Source of the DNA: Callorhinchus milii
Lineage: Eukaryota
Assembly (NCBI RefSeq): GCF_018977255.1
Contig: NW_024704742.1
Coordinates: 34,784,001-34,848,000 of the forward strand
Direction of reading: 5' to 3'
DNA: 64,000 bases
The notes beneath the pieces were generated by a model. That model was not told the origin of the DNA, did no database searches, and worked only from the letters and a program-made list of their open reading frames with translations. Position numbers and translations under genes: made by a program. This document shows, in pieces, positions 24,013 through 37,920 of the stretch (position 1 is its first letter; each line of letters begins with the position of its first letter).

Positions 24013-24860
24013 GTAGGAAAATACTGGCTATCATACACAAAGCAATTTTCTACACCGTTTCATGTAAGTGAATATCAGATTGTCTGACAGTGTTTTTGTT
24101 TGCTCAACTGACTGTCATGCATTCAGAAATCCAACATTGTATTTAAGATGATCAAAACAGACTGAGAGCTCCACATATGCATGCCACCTGCACATAGAAT
24201 TTTTTGTGAATGGAAAAGCAATCATTTGTAACTTTCTATATCACTATTAGATTAACATTGGGATTAAAAACTCTCCTCGAGGAAGCTGTATTGTTTACCA
24301 CCCCCTTGTCCCATGGAAACAGTTCTTCGCAACTTTAAGTGTATTTTTTGCAGTAAAGCTCTGCATGACTTTGGTTCCAACTCAAGATCTCCTCGGAGCC
24401 TAACTCCTTCGCGACTTAACCACAAAAAACAGTTTGCTTTGTGAGGAACTTTATCCGGCAGCAAGATGTCTGTAGCATTCCCGCTTTTCTGAGGAATGCT
24501 ACTGATTTGATAGATTTGTACATTATGTTTGAATAATTTACACAATAATTAATGAAAACCACCATGGTTTTCGTCATAAAACCATCATTATTCCTGAACG
24601 TTAATCAAAAATATTGGTCTCATACCATCTGTTGGTCCAGAAGGAAATATATAAATCTGGGAATACAAATTTCATGCTAATGCTGACGTACCTGATTTTT
24701 GCCACTGGATGGGGCTATAGTAAATCTCTATCTTGAATTGTGTGTTATACTTGAAGTAACTGGATTGCACTTTGCCTCTGGCCTGATATATGGACTGTAT
24801 GCAGATAGGATTAAAATTTGGTTGACAAAAGTAGTTTAATAATGGCATACATGATGCGTG

Positions 24861-25162
24861 GAGTCCTGTAGCTCAGTGGTTAGACCACTCGCCTTGCAAG
24901 CGAGAGACCTGGGTTCGAATCCCGGCAGGGCGAAACCTTGGGCAAGTTTCCTTACTCCATACACCTGATAATAATGCTTAAAAAGAATAATAAAATTGGT
25001 CACTTCAATCCACGACTGTACTTGGGACACTGCTGTGTGCAATTGGCTGCTGTGTTTCGCCCACAAATATACAGTCAATTCTCTTTACAGTCTATTCTGT
25101 GAAGTACTTTGAGACATCTGGAAGACGTGAAAAAGCGCTATATGAAATGCAAGGATTATTAT
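24861..25162 (+). mobile_element. Full-length tRNA-headed SINE
   Basis: gagtcctgtagctcagtggttag...gggttcgaatcccggc...aaatgcaaggattatt. Confidence 0.9.
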
Positions 25163-25269
25163 GCAAATGTACATTACAGTTTTCAAAACAGGATGCTTCT
25201 TTAATAAGACTCCTTTTATCCTGTTAATTGATGCCATTGATTTATGTGCAATCAATTGGGGGAGATAGA

Positions 25270-28127
25270 TGGAATTTAGTTGTAATTGGGAACGAGACAG
25301 TCAGGAGGACAGACACACTTCTCTGCAGCCGCAACCAGGAGACATGAAGCTCTGTTGCCTTCCTGGAGCCAGGGTGAAGGATGTCTCTTCGGGGCTGGAG
25401 AAGAATTTGAGGCAGGAGGGGAAGGATCCAATTGTGGTAATTCACATAGGTACCAACGATATAGGTAGGACTAGTAAGGACGACTTGAGGAGGGAGTTCA
25501 AGGAATTGGGAATGAAATTAAAAAGTAGAACTTCCAAGGTAATAATATCGGGATTACTGCCTGAGCCATGTGCAAATTGGTACAGGCACAAACATATTAA
25601 AGAATTAAATGCGTGGCTGAAAGAGTGATGCGGAGGGCAGGGGTTTCATTTTAAGGGCCACTGGCACCAGTATTGGGGGAAAAGGGAGCTATTCCATAGA
25701 GATGGGCTCCACCTAAACCGGGCTGGGACCAATGTCCTGGCAAAACGAATAAATAGGGAGGTCGGCAGAGCTTTAAACTATTAAGGGGGGGAGGGAAGGT
25801 TACAGTTACAGTTAGAAGTAAACCAGCAAAACTAAGAACGATGACGGTGGTAGAGCAGATTAGAGAGTGTGTCAAGGAGGGCCAAGAAACTCAGCAAACA
25901 AAAACAACAAACAACAAAATTACATTTATGGAGCGCCTTTCACGTCGGGAGGACATCCCGAGGCGCTGGAAAGAAAGTAGGGCATTAGCGAGTAGGGGAA
26001 ATAGCAAGAAGTCAAAGTTAAAGGCGCTATATCTGAACACACAAGGCATTCGTAATAAGATAGACAAATTAATGGCACAAATAGAAACAAACGGGTATGA
26101 TCTAGTAGCCATTACTGAGACGTGGTTACAGGGGGATCAAAGGTGGGAGCTAAATATTCCGGGGTATTCGGAATACAGGAAAGATAGGCAATATGGAAAA
26201 CGGGGTGGGGGTTGGGGGGTAGCCCTGCTAATAAAGGATGGGATAAAAACAGTAGAGAGGAAGGATTTTAAATCAGAAAATCAGGATGTATGGGTGGAAT
26301 TACGAAATAACAGAATAGCAGAAAGCATTAGTGGAAGTAGTTTATAGACCCCCGAACAACAGTCACTGTATTGCGAGGGGTATTAACCAGGTAATTAGAG
26401 AAACATGTAGCAAAGGAAATGCACTAATAGTGGGTGATTTTAATCTTCATATAGATTGGGAAAAACCAAATTGGTAAAAGTAAGTTAGAGGAGGAGTTTA
26501 TACAATGCATTAGAATTAGTTTTCTAGATCAATATGCTGAGGAACCAACCAGGGGACAGGCTATCCTAGATCTTGTTTTATGTAATGAAATAGGGCTAAT
26601 CAGCAATCTGGAAATTAAGGCTCCTCTAGGGCAGAGTGACCATAACATGATGGAATTTAGCATTAAGTTAGAGAGTGATGTAGTTAAGACCAAAGCAAGG
26701 GTCGTAAATTTAAATAGTCCCAACTTTGCAGGTATGAGAGAGGATTTAGCTAAAATAGACTGGGGAATTAGATTAAAGGACCATAACATGATTAGGCTGA
26801 GTCAACATGGCTTTACAAAAGGGAAGTCATGCTTACCAAATCTTTTAGAGTTCTTCGAGAATGTATCCAATAGATGTAGTGTATTTAGATTTTTAGAAGG
26901 CATTCAAAAAGGTACCACATAAAAGGCTGCTACACAAGATTAGGGCCCATGGAATTACAGGCAATATATTAGCATGGATTGAAGAGTGGCTAACGGGAAG
27001 AAAACAGAGAGTAGGGATAAACGGCTCCTTCTCAGATTGTCAGGATGTGAGTAGTGGAGAGCCACAAGGATCAGTGCTTGGTCCTCAACTATTTACAATC
27101 TATATCAATGATGTAGACGAGGACATAGAACTTAAAATATCTAAAATATTTTATAAAATATAAATATAAAATATAAAATATAAAATATCTAAAAAATTAA
27201 AATATCTAAAATCTACATCTAAGCTAGGTGGGAGATTAAGCTCTGAGGATGACACAAAAAGATTGCAAATGGATTTAGATAGGCTCGGTGAGTGGGCAAG
27301 AAGGTGGCAGATGAAATATAATGTGGGGAAGTGTGAAGTTATTCACCTAGGTAGTAAAACAGAAAAGCAGATTATTTTCTAGAGGGGGAGAGACTAGATA
27401 GTGTTAAGAGGAATATGGGTGTCGTTGTACACCAGTCACAAAAAGTTAGTATGCAGGTACAGCAAGCAACTAGGAAGGCTAATAGCATAAAACCCTTTAT
27501 TGCTAAAGGGTTAGAATACAAGAGTAGGGAAGTCTTGCTGCAACTGTATAGGGCCTTGGTGAGACCGCACTTAGGGTATTGTGTGCAGTTTTGGTCTCCT
27601 TATTTAAGAAAGGACTTATTCGCTTTTGAGGGGGTACAGCGTAGATTCACTGGATTAGTTCCTGGGATGAGGGGGTTGACCTATGAGGATAGGTTGAGTA
27701 AACTAGGCCTATATTCTCTAGAATATAGAAGAATTAGGGATGATCTTACAGAAACATATAAGATTTTTATGGGGCTTGACAGTGTAGACAGTGTGAGACT
27801 GTTTCCCCTGGTAGGAGAATCTAGTACTAGGGGTCACAGTTTTAAGATTAAGGGACAGCCTTTTCAAACAGAGTTGAAGAAATACTCCTTCACTCAGCGG
27901 GTAGTGAATTTATGGAATTCTCTACCCCAGAAGGCTGTAGATGCTCAGTCCTTGAACATATTGAAGACTGAGATTGATAGATTTCTAAAGGATAGAGGGA
28001 TTAAGGAATATGGGGATAGGGCAGGCAGATGGAGTTAGGTGAGAAGATCAGCCATGATCTTATTGAATGGCGGGGCAGGCTCGAGGGGCCGAATGGCCTA
28101 CTCCTGCTCCTAATTCCTATGTTCCTA
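25270..28127 (+). mobile_element. CR1-clade LINE (shark HER1-like), decayed, with ORF1 esterase, APE endonuclease and RT remnants
   Basis: CCLPGARVKD..VVIHIGTNDIG (SGNH/GDSL esterase); YDLVAITETWL and SDHNM (endonuclease); SQHGFTKGKSCL, RPHLGYCVQFWSP (RT region); tail gggccgaatggcctactcctgctcctaattcctatgttccta. Confidence 0.92.
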
Positions 28128-30543
28128 AAAAATAAAAATCCTTCTATTTGATTTACTACTTCATTAGTGTTTCGCCCACAACATATACAGTCAGTTCACT
28201 TTACAGTATATTCTGTGAAGCTCTTTGAGACATCTCAAAGATGTGATAAGACACTCTATCAAATACAAGGATTATTATTATAACGAGTGTGTATTGTGTA
28301 GGCAAACATGGCAGCCAATTTGCACACAGCAATGTCCCACAAACGATTATGAAGTGAATGACCAACTTTACTTGGGGAATTGTTAACTAGGATACCGGGA
28401 AAAACTGCCATCTCATTTCAAATGAAATCTCATTTCAAAAAAATGCCACAGGACCTTTAAAATCTAACTTTTGCAGGCAGACCTCAGTTAGTGTACCAAC
28501 AAAGATATATTAGCTGCTGAGACCTGAACTTCTTGATTCTCTGTTTGCCTCTTTATTCGTCCCTTTTTCTTGTCCTGTCCTTTTGTTCTTTTTCTTGCTG
28601 AATTTTAATCTCACTTTGCAGACACTCTTACTGCAGTTTAAAATAATTTAAATGGAAAATAAGTAATTTTAAAGGCATGTATTTTGAATAGAAACAATTC
28701 TGAATCAATTTTATTTGCCTTCAGCGTTTCTACTCCAAACCATTGCTTGCCACTCTAAAACTCTGAGCTTTTAAAAAAAATCATTTTCAAACTCTACATT
28801 CCATTACTGCAAACAAGGCATTAAAAGAGTTTTAAAATTACAAGCCTTTAAATGTACAACTAGTCATAAACAAGTTCAAATCAGTTTTATGTGCTCTCAG
28901 CCATCTACTTCGAATCATTGTTCACTGCTATAAATGTTTCACCACAGATGACAGCCAGAGTAGTTCAGTTCAGGCCCCTCCTGCTCCAACTCAGTCAGAC
29001 TGACTTGATGTTGCTCTTTCCTCTCCCCCCACCTTTAAAGAATGAAATAAATGAAATAAAAGGAATAAAGACAGACTATGAAAGAGAAGACAGATGAGTG
29101 ATTTAAGGGTAAAATTGTAGGGATATAAGAAGGAAGAATGATTTTGTGCAGAAGACATTTTAGTGAAGTGTAAGCACATAAGACCTAAACCTTTTGCCTG
29201 ACATAGTCATTCTAATAAGCAATGGTACTGTGTCTGATCCAGTAACAGTGGCTTACAGTAGAAAACAAACTAGTGTAGAATGGGAGAGTGAAGGGAAGCA
29301 AAATCTTTTTGTGCAGTCTGGTGCAACTTGGATCAGTTGTTCTTTACTAAATCTATTTATGTTTTACTTCCTGTCAGTGTTTTTGTCTGTTCTGCCCACA
29401 GACCAGTTAATGCCCAAAATACAGTGAACTAAATAATGAAATGGACCGAACTAACTAATGAAAACACTGGGGGCTAAATTGCGATTATTTCTAATAAGAT
29501 TCTTTAATAATGACTCTGAGTTGCAAATGGGGACACCTTCCAGAAACAAGATTCAGGCACCATGTCAGGCCCCAAATGACACTCAAGTACAGTGCTGAGG
29601 GACCTCTGCATTACTGGAAGGGTCGTCCTTCAGATTAAACTAAGGTCCTTCTGACTATTCCTGCTGTCCTGGACAACAGTTCCCCCAGATATTGATCAGC
29701 CTCTCTGTCTATAATAAATAAATAATAATAATTTGGTCACTCAATCCACGACTGTTTGTGGGACACTACTATGCGCAATTGGCTGCCGCTTTTCACCCAC
29801 AAAATACACAATCAGTCCACTTCACAGTATATTCTGTGAGATGCCTCGAGACGTCTTGCAGACATGATAAAACGCTATATCAAATGTAAAGATTATTATT
29901 GTTATCACTCACTCATTGGCTGTTTGTGGGATATTGAGACGTCTAGAAGATGCTTTGAGACATCTAGAAGACGTGAAACTATATAAAAATAGCAAGGATT
30001 ATTATTATTGCTGTGCGCAACTTGGATACTTCGTTCACCTACACCTACACAGTCACTGCACACTTCACAGTAAAACCTTGTGAAGCACTTTGACAGCATG
30101 ATAACGTGCTATATCAAATGCATCTAATTATTAATATTATGATATTTTTCTGCTTGGAATTCCCTTTTTGCAACTATGAGTCTTTCTTAAAGAATTCAGT
30201 TAGCAATCACTGCTTTTTAGACCCCAATGGATTTTATTATTGTAGTATATGATATGTTGTTTGCTTAAGCAGGTATTGTGAAATTATTCTCTTGAACAAG
30301 GACACTTAGTGAATCACTTTGGATTAGAAACTCTACAGGAACAACCCACGACAAATATCTAATGTACTTACATATTAGCCTTCAAAGAAAACAAAAAAAA
30401 ACTACTGCCTTCATCTGTATATCTGTATTGCGCTAATGTATCTCTTCAGTGAATCATTTGTTATTTACACTTACTTTTGTAACTCCATCTCATAAATTCT
30501 GTGTGAATTCTTGTTTTATATATTTCATACTTTTAATTCCCAG

Positions 30544-30644
30544 GCTCTGTTGGACTTAATATTCTTCAAATGCTCGAAACCTTTAAGACTGGTCATGAGT
30601 ACATCACGGAGCGGGATTGCTGTATTCTAACTAAAGTCGGAACA
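30544..30644 (+). CDS. MRPL1: MRPL1 exon 7
   Basis: cccag|GSVGLNILQMLETFKTGHEYITERDCCILTKVGT|gtaagt. Confidence 0.93.
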
Positions 30645-30938
30645 GTAAGTTCAGCTGGAACATTAAAGATTACTTTGATCTTCAAAATTGCTGTTTAAAG
30701 AGCAAATCTTTGCGAAAAAGTGGACTGATGAATGCAAAAGCTTATATGTCTGTTAAATATCCATTATTGCAATTACACACAATTTGATACACTATAGGTT
30801 GCACGCACAGGCTTATGCAAGGTGTTGACTTGAACCAAACAATATGCCAGATGTTGTTATATGTTATATGTTGTTCTTTTTGTTTTTGATGAAGAACTTC
30901 AGTTCAAAACTGAACCAAATATTAATCTTTGCATTATG

Positions 30939-31300
30939 GAGACCTACGGCTAAGTGGTTAGAGCACTTGCTTTGCAAGTGAGATGACCTGGGTTCGATTC
31001 CTGGCCAGGGCAAAACGTTGGGCAGGTTTCTTTACTCCACACACCTGTTTACCTAGCAATACGTGGGAACCCAGGTGTTTGTCGATTGGCGGATCACTTT
31101 TCTGGGGATAATATATCCCTTAAAAAATGCGGTTACTCAATCCATGACTGTGGGACACTGCTGTGCGCAATTTGCTGCTGCGTTCCGCCCACAAAATGTA
31201 CAGTCAAATCACTTTATACTATATTCTGTGAAACACTTTAAGACATCTCGAAGACACGATAAGGCGCTACATCAAATGAAAGGATTATTATTATTAAGAT
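30939..31300 (+). mobile_element. tRNA-headed SINE
   Basis: Same family head, core and tail. Confidence 0.85.
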
Positions 31301-33754
31301 GTTATTGTTAAGTCTGCAGTGACTGTGTAATTGTCGGTGAACACGGCAGCCAATTTGTCCCACAAGCACCATTTAGTGAATGAACAATTTTATCTGTTGT
31401 TGGGCAGGACACCGGGAGAAACTCCCTTCTCTTTTCAATTAGATACCTGAATGCAATTTACAATATAGCAAAAAAAATCAAAATCTATGCACACTGTTTT
31501 TGTCCTTTTATTGTTAATGCAGTTTGACTTTTCAATTTGTTTGTGTTATATTGTATTCATGTAAAATACACTACAATCTGATCATTGGCTGCCCTTTACT
31601 CGATGGCTGTGACAGACATACACACACTGATTCAGAGTTTCCCCAAAACGACAGAAGCATACACAGGGTAGCTAATTCATTGCATTGATAGTTTCAAAAT
31701 TTTTTGACACTTACTGTGAAATTATACTAGGTTCCTGTATCAGAAGAGCTGCAACGTTACACTATAAGTGTTGGATTTGAAGAACACACTATAGGATCAA
31801 ACATCTGATTAACACATGCTCTGTATTGGTAAACAGGTTTTTAATGCTACTGTCGGCTAAAGCTATTGGCCACGTTGATGATGATTTTCTGGGTAACAAT
31901 ACCTGTCAGTAACATAGTGTGTTTGCAGAAAATGTTATCAAGAAAGGGTAATTTAATAAACTACTTTCACAGTAATGAGTGAACCAGATGCTGTTTTGTC
32001 ACATATCAATTAGTGAACACCAGAGTTGGAACATCAGACATTTAATGGGTCCATTCGTTGACTTGCACAAAATTGATGATCTGGAAGGTGTTGTTTCTTA
32101 GCACTTTGAAGGTGGATGGCAGCCTCACAGGGTGGAGTGGGGGTTTTATGAAGATGCTGGTTGTGCTTTTTGCTGCTTGTTTTTGTTGGATGCTGTACAT
32201 CCAACAAAAACTATACTATCACTGGGTGCTATTGCAAAGAAAGAGTTCAGAAAGATGAAAAGGACACTCCTGCATGGGTAATGAATGTTAGGAAGTTAAA
32301 TATCTATGGAGATATTCAACCAAATATCCATGATATTACTTCAACTGCTCAGTTATCCTGCCTTTGAAAGAATTAAAGTTAGTGTTGTTGTTACCAGACT
32401 GTTATTAACAATGGCTTTAGCTTGGTGTTGAAAAGGTGCTTGGTGTTGAATGGTTGAAAAGCTAAGATTTTATCCTTAAATGCAAAACACTTTGCTCAGT
32501 ACAATTTTTTTAATAGCAAGAACTACATTTATTAGATGACATCAAATTTTCTTTGAACAAAAGGTAAAATCAATGCACGAATTCAAAGCTGAATATGAGA
32601 AAATGTTTCATCATCTGCTTATTACTAAGAACACGTTCTGTTCCACCAGAACTTTTGTTCTTTTTATAACCCTGAGAGATGCAGCAGATTTAGATTGTGG
32701 TATTGGTTGCTGGGTTACTTTTTCAACATCTGATTACTTTGACCCAACATTTAGATCAATTCTGACTATTTATATTTTTTGTCTTCGTTGGTGAAGCTGA
32801 TCCACTTTGTGAATGAATGTCTTCTGTAGACTTATGCATCAGATCAGTTTAACTGGAATTGTAAATAGTTCAATATTTGTGGTTTCGAGTAGAATGAATT
32901 TGGGAAAAGGCAAGATTATCTGGAGCATACCAATATAGATGAACCTTCACAACATTTTATGTTCAACTGTAGTGAGGGACTCAATGTATGGGAAAATTTA
33001 CAAGTTCTCCATTTGAACCATTATTTTGAATTCTTGTGCATATTGAGGGATGCATGCTAATAGCAAGAGTGGTTTTAGATGCTGCAAAACCGTACCTCGA
33101 GAGGCACTTTTGCAGATTGGTTTACATGGGGTTGATCAATTAAATTTTAAGATTTGCTGTAGAAACAAGGATTTCAATCAATGTCCATAAAGAGTTAAGA
33201 GTTCCTCTTTACTCTTGGCTCACATTTACAGGCGCTAATGAAGGCTGGAGGTAATCTGTTCCTTCATAACAGCTCAGAGTGTAATAAATGGCTGGGGTTG
33301 GATTTCTCTATGATATGACTGCGGGTTTACAGAATGACCCACTTTTCATTTGGAGTGATTAATTATTCTTCGGTGGAACAAACATGAAAGCTGTTCTGTG
33401 ACTGGCGACATTTTGTTCTTCAAATAGCAGTTTGATTTTTTAACGGCTTCAGGTTACACAGTTTAAATTTTAAATCTTTATCCATCCCACACATCACTCT
33501 GCTGCCCAAATAATTAATCTTACTGTTCTTTTAGTAGAGTAAGATATATAACAACTTTTGACCATTCAAAATTATATAAAAGCAACAGTATAAAGAGCTT
33601 TTGTTCTTGAAGTTAATATATACAGTAATCCATTTGGTGACTGAATTGGCACCAGTTATCATTGTGAATTTTGCATTGAGGGAACAGGTTTCTTAGCCAC
33701 TCTTCGTAATTCCTGAAATGTATCATGTTCTTAATCTTGAGATAATTTCTTAAA

Positions 33755-34095
33755 GTCCTGTAGATTAGTGATTAGAGCACTTGCCTCACAAGCGTGAGGA
33801 CCTGGGTTCGAGTCCCGGCCAGGGTGAAACGTTGGGCATGTTTCGTTACTTCACTCGCCTCTGTTTACCAGCAGTAAGTAGGAACCCGGTTGTTAGTTGA
33901 TCGGCAGATTACCATTCTGGGGGTAATAATCTCTTCAAAAATAAACAAATAAATAATTTGGTCACTTAATCCATGGCTGTATGTGGGATGCTGCTGTGCA
34001 CAGTTGTATGCCGCATTTCGCCCACAAAACATATAGTCAATATATAACATACAGATGTGATAAGGTGCTATATCAAATGCAAGCAATATTATTAT
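33755..34095 (+). mobile_element. tRNA-headed SINE (internal deletion)
   Basis: gtcctgtag...gggttcgagtcccggcc...tatcaaatgcaag. Confidence 0.82.
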
Positions 34096-37000
34096 TAAAA
34101 TTTAAAATTGTGCAGCATTTTGGAAAATTCTTCAATTCATTCTAGATTTGTAAATCAATTTTCTTTAGGTCTTAAAACAAATGACCACTTTGGTGAGTTA
34201 CCAGAAGACTGCCAGCACATGTAAAACCATACCCCAGCTAGTTAGCATATTCAGGAAACAAGGAGAGAAGAAAACTGGCATACAGTATTTATTATTTTTA
34301 GAAACACACGAACAGTGTTGCTGGGAAAGGGAAATATGCTCTTTGTAAGGCAGTCAGCCAGGGCTGAAGGATAATGATCTGGAAAGTATAAATAATCTAG
34401 TGTTTATGAAGAACATTTTTGTTCAAAACATTAATTGGGTCATGTAGAGTCTATGATAGTGCAGACTAGACTTTGTGGAAGAGAAGTCAGTGGACCAAAA
34501 GCCATTTAAGACCCTTATAAAAACTATAAAAACCTATATTCAGGCTCTCACCCACTTGGTTTTTCCTCAAATCTCTAACATTGGCCAACTCTGTTACTAC
34601 CTGTTTACTACCTCCTCTCTCTCATACCATCCTACTGAGACCCTCACCCACAATCTTATCAAATCCAGGCTTGATTATTCTTAACAACCTGCTCACTGGA
34701 CTCCCCTGCTCCACTCTACTCAATCTATAGATCATTCAGCCATGACCTCTTCTGCACCAGACTCCGTGCACTCATCACTCCCATCATTGTTCTGCTCCAT
34801 TGGCTCTCCATCTCCCAGCAGATCGGATTCAAGTTTGTTGTCCTCAGTTTCAAATACCTCCAAAGCCTTGTCCTTCCCAACCTGTATCTGCGACCCTACC
34901 GCTCCATCCATGTTCTTAATTTCGCCCACAAATATACAGTCAATTTACTTTACATTCTATTCTGTGAAGAGCTGAGAGATGTCTAGAAGACGTAAAAAGC
35001 GCTATATCAAATGCAAGGATTATTATTAATTTTGAGACCATTTCTTAAAGTCCTGTAGCTTACTTGTTAGAGCCTTCCAACACTGCTGTTTCATGTCCCC
35101 TGCCCATTCAGCCCCACCATTGATGGGTGAGTTTTGACCTGCTCTCCATCCCAGAGTTCCTCCGCCTGATCCCTTCCCTCCCCAGCCCATCTTAAGATCT
35201 ATGTTCTACTCGCATTTTCACATCTTCTCCCATTCCCCCACCCCTACCCCCATACCTTAGGAATCCAGCTCTTTGAAGAAGTTTGAGATGTCCTCTCAAA
35301 GTGAAAGGCAGCTATTTAAATTATAATTTCTTATTTTATGCTCCTTGTTTTTTCTCTCTTCTTTTGAACGTGCAGAATAAACATTGCTTTTGTTTCATCA
35401 TAAAATGTTGCTATAAACCACAAATAGTTCATTTAGTCCAAACTCAGTATAAGTGTAGCACTACATTTTTCAATTCAATTCATAGAATTATATTTTAAGC
35501 TATATCCCCAAATCATTTAGATAAAAAATAATTTCTCTGTGAGTTTCACACAATTGGTGGAATAATAGCATACTGATAAGGTTTTCCACAAAGGTTTGAT
35601 TAGTATTTCAGTAATCAATGTCATTTGGATGGACTATAATGTGAGTGGGGGCCATTGAAGACAACGGGATTCTGAACCACGTACCTTGACTTATGATGCC
35701 TGTTTCCTTTCTTAGTTACTGTAGCAACAGTAATGTTTGATTAGTAGGAAGTCCTCTCTAGCTGCAGTAACAAAACAGTATGCCGGAGCTGCTTCAACTT
35801 CTCGACATGAATTAAAACACGTTGTTTTATTCATATGAAAGCCAGAAGCTTGATAGAATGGAGAGAGGAGTGCTTTGCTTTGCTATATTTGGGACTGTTG
35901 TCTGGCTGATTGTGGGATTGTATCTTATCGTGTGCTTCTTACTTCTGTACTCAATTTGTTGCAAAGCAAACAGTGAAGTTCAGCAAATTGAAAACCAGCC
36001 TCTGTCACCTGTTGAATGTTTAGAAAGTGTGTGACATGGACTAAGTGTATATACCTCAGTATATACCTGTATTTTTAATTGGACGTAGTGGCACTGTAAG
36101 TATCAAGAACGATAAGTACTGATTTACGACTCTAGTAGGACACGAACGGTAAAAGTCTGAATGCCACTGCACCACCTTATCAATTTGGGATTGCCAATTG
36201 GACCCATGGTATTCAAGAGACCAATCTCAATGCCGTAAGTGTTTATATGGTAACGGACAAGGATATTTTACAAATGTCAAAAAAATGTTTTTTGTGAGCA
36301 CTATTGTAATGATTTTGACAATGAATTGAGAATGTGACTATTTGGAATTGTCTTATGAGTCCTTAGTGCTCTTCAAAGATTACATTTAACCTTGTAGAAA
36401 TTTGTATGATCTCTGTGGTAAATTAATTTAAAATGTGTACTTACAGTGGGTTTAACTTCAGTATAGTTCTCTTCGATGAGTCAGTTGGCAAACAAACTGT
36501 ACTTGGGAAATATGGCAGTATAGTATTTGCATTCTGTTGGTAATTTATTGTTCCAAAGCATTTTTACTGCTACTTGAGATTGTGTTCCATTTAAGGGTAT
36601 TGGATAGTTTAAATAGCACAAAAGATTTGTCAAACTTTCCCCAAATTAGAATTGATTGTTATAAAATTTATTTTAAGGATAAATATTTATAACCCTTGCA
36701 AATGCAAGAATTATAAATATTTATCTTTTGTGCTCCTGAAGAATCTGAAAGACAAAGCCATCTCGGATAACTACTTCAACTCCCTTAACTCCTCAATCCC
36801 TCTCCTGACTGCCAACCAACCCACCTCCATCTCCTACCACTCCTGGAAAAAAATCTACCCTCTCCCTCCACTGCCCTCGAGTCATCTGAACGCCTGCCCC
36901 TCTGGGCTTCCTTGGGCAGATAAGTGCCTGAGGACTTATCATACTCAGGTAACTGAAAGTAACTCATGAACGATAGGAGATACCTGAAAACAAATATGCC

Positions 37001-37666
37001 CATGTCACTCCTAGATGCAGAACCTTTCCGATGAGGTATAAATTATGTCTCTATGTCAATCGGTTATTGAGATCCTTTTTGAAGTGCAGACAGAATAAAA
37101 CATTGTCGTTTTATTAGTATAGAAGATAGAAAAAGAAGATTATTGCTTAATTAAATTTACAGCTTTCCGTCAATGGTAACATTTTGGACTGGTTCATATA
37201 GTATGCTTATTGCTGCCATGTCGTAAAATTACGGTTGGAGTTTTCTCATTCATCTCCATTGAATGATTGTTATTTTTTTGATATGTGGCTTTAGACATCT
37301 AAATCCATGTGATTCCATTTGCAAATTATAATAATGGGATGCAGAAGCATGTTTGTATGCGAAAGATGCTGCTCAACTGAACATTTTATTTTCAGCTTAT
37401 TGTGGAGATTCAAGTCTCTGAGTGAAAAGAATGATTGAGGTTGTAGACTTGAGGTATTTGCATTAAGATATTCTGGTCTTCTTAGTGCTGATAAAGTGCT
37501 ATTTTTTAAAAAGAAAATAGGTTGTGAATTTATAGTATTGTAAATTATAGTCACATATGCGCTAAAGAATATTTGTTTTGTTTGTCTGATTTTTGTTAGC
37601 AACAGAGAGTAAGAGAGCATTGTAAAAAAAACTTATAGTTACCTGAAAAGAGCAGACTACAGAATC

Positions 37667-37690
37667 TGTGTGTGTGTGTGTGTGTGTGCG
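37667..37690. repeat. (GT)n microsatellite
   Basis: Direct inspection. Confidence 0.85.
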
Positions 37691-37838
37691 CGGGGAAGGG
37701 TGTGGTTGTGGGAAGTAGGGGTAACTAATCAAAGTCATGCAGCAGACTCCTTGGTAGAGCTGTGGGCATTTAATGCAGAAAGTTAGAATTCTATCTGATT
37801 TTTGTCCTGTCTTTTTGATGCATGTTCCGTTCTTTCAG

Positions 37839-37920
37839 GTGGATATGCCAAGGGAACACATTGTTGCTAACATTGCCGCAATCATCACTGATGTTTGCAC
37901 GTACAGGCCAGTGAGTTTTG
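37839..37920 (+). CDS. MRPL1: MRPL1 exon 8
   Basis: tttcag|VDMPREHIVANIAAIITDVCTYRPVSF-G|gtgagt. Confidence 0.93.

Noticed and set aside
32040..32370. Short ORFs in MRPL1 intron 7 as a pseudogene or nested gene
   Set aside because: No recognisable protein family or convincing splice structure
37400..37500. Intronic C/D box snoRNA
   Set aside because: C box imperfect (ATGATTG) and no terminal stem evident
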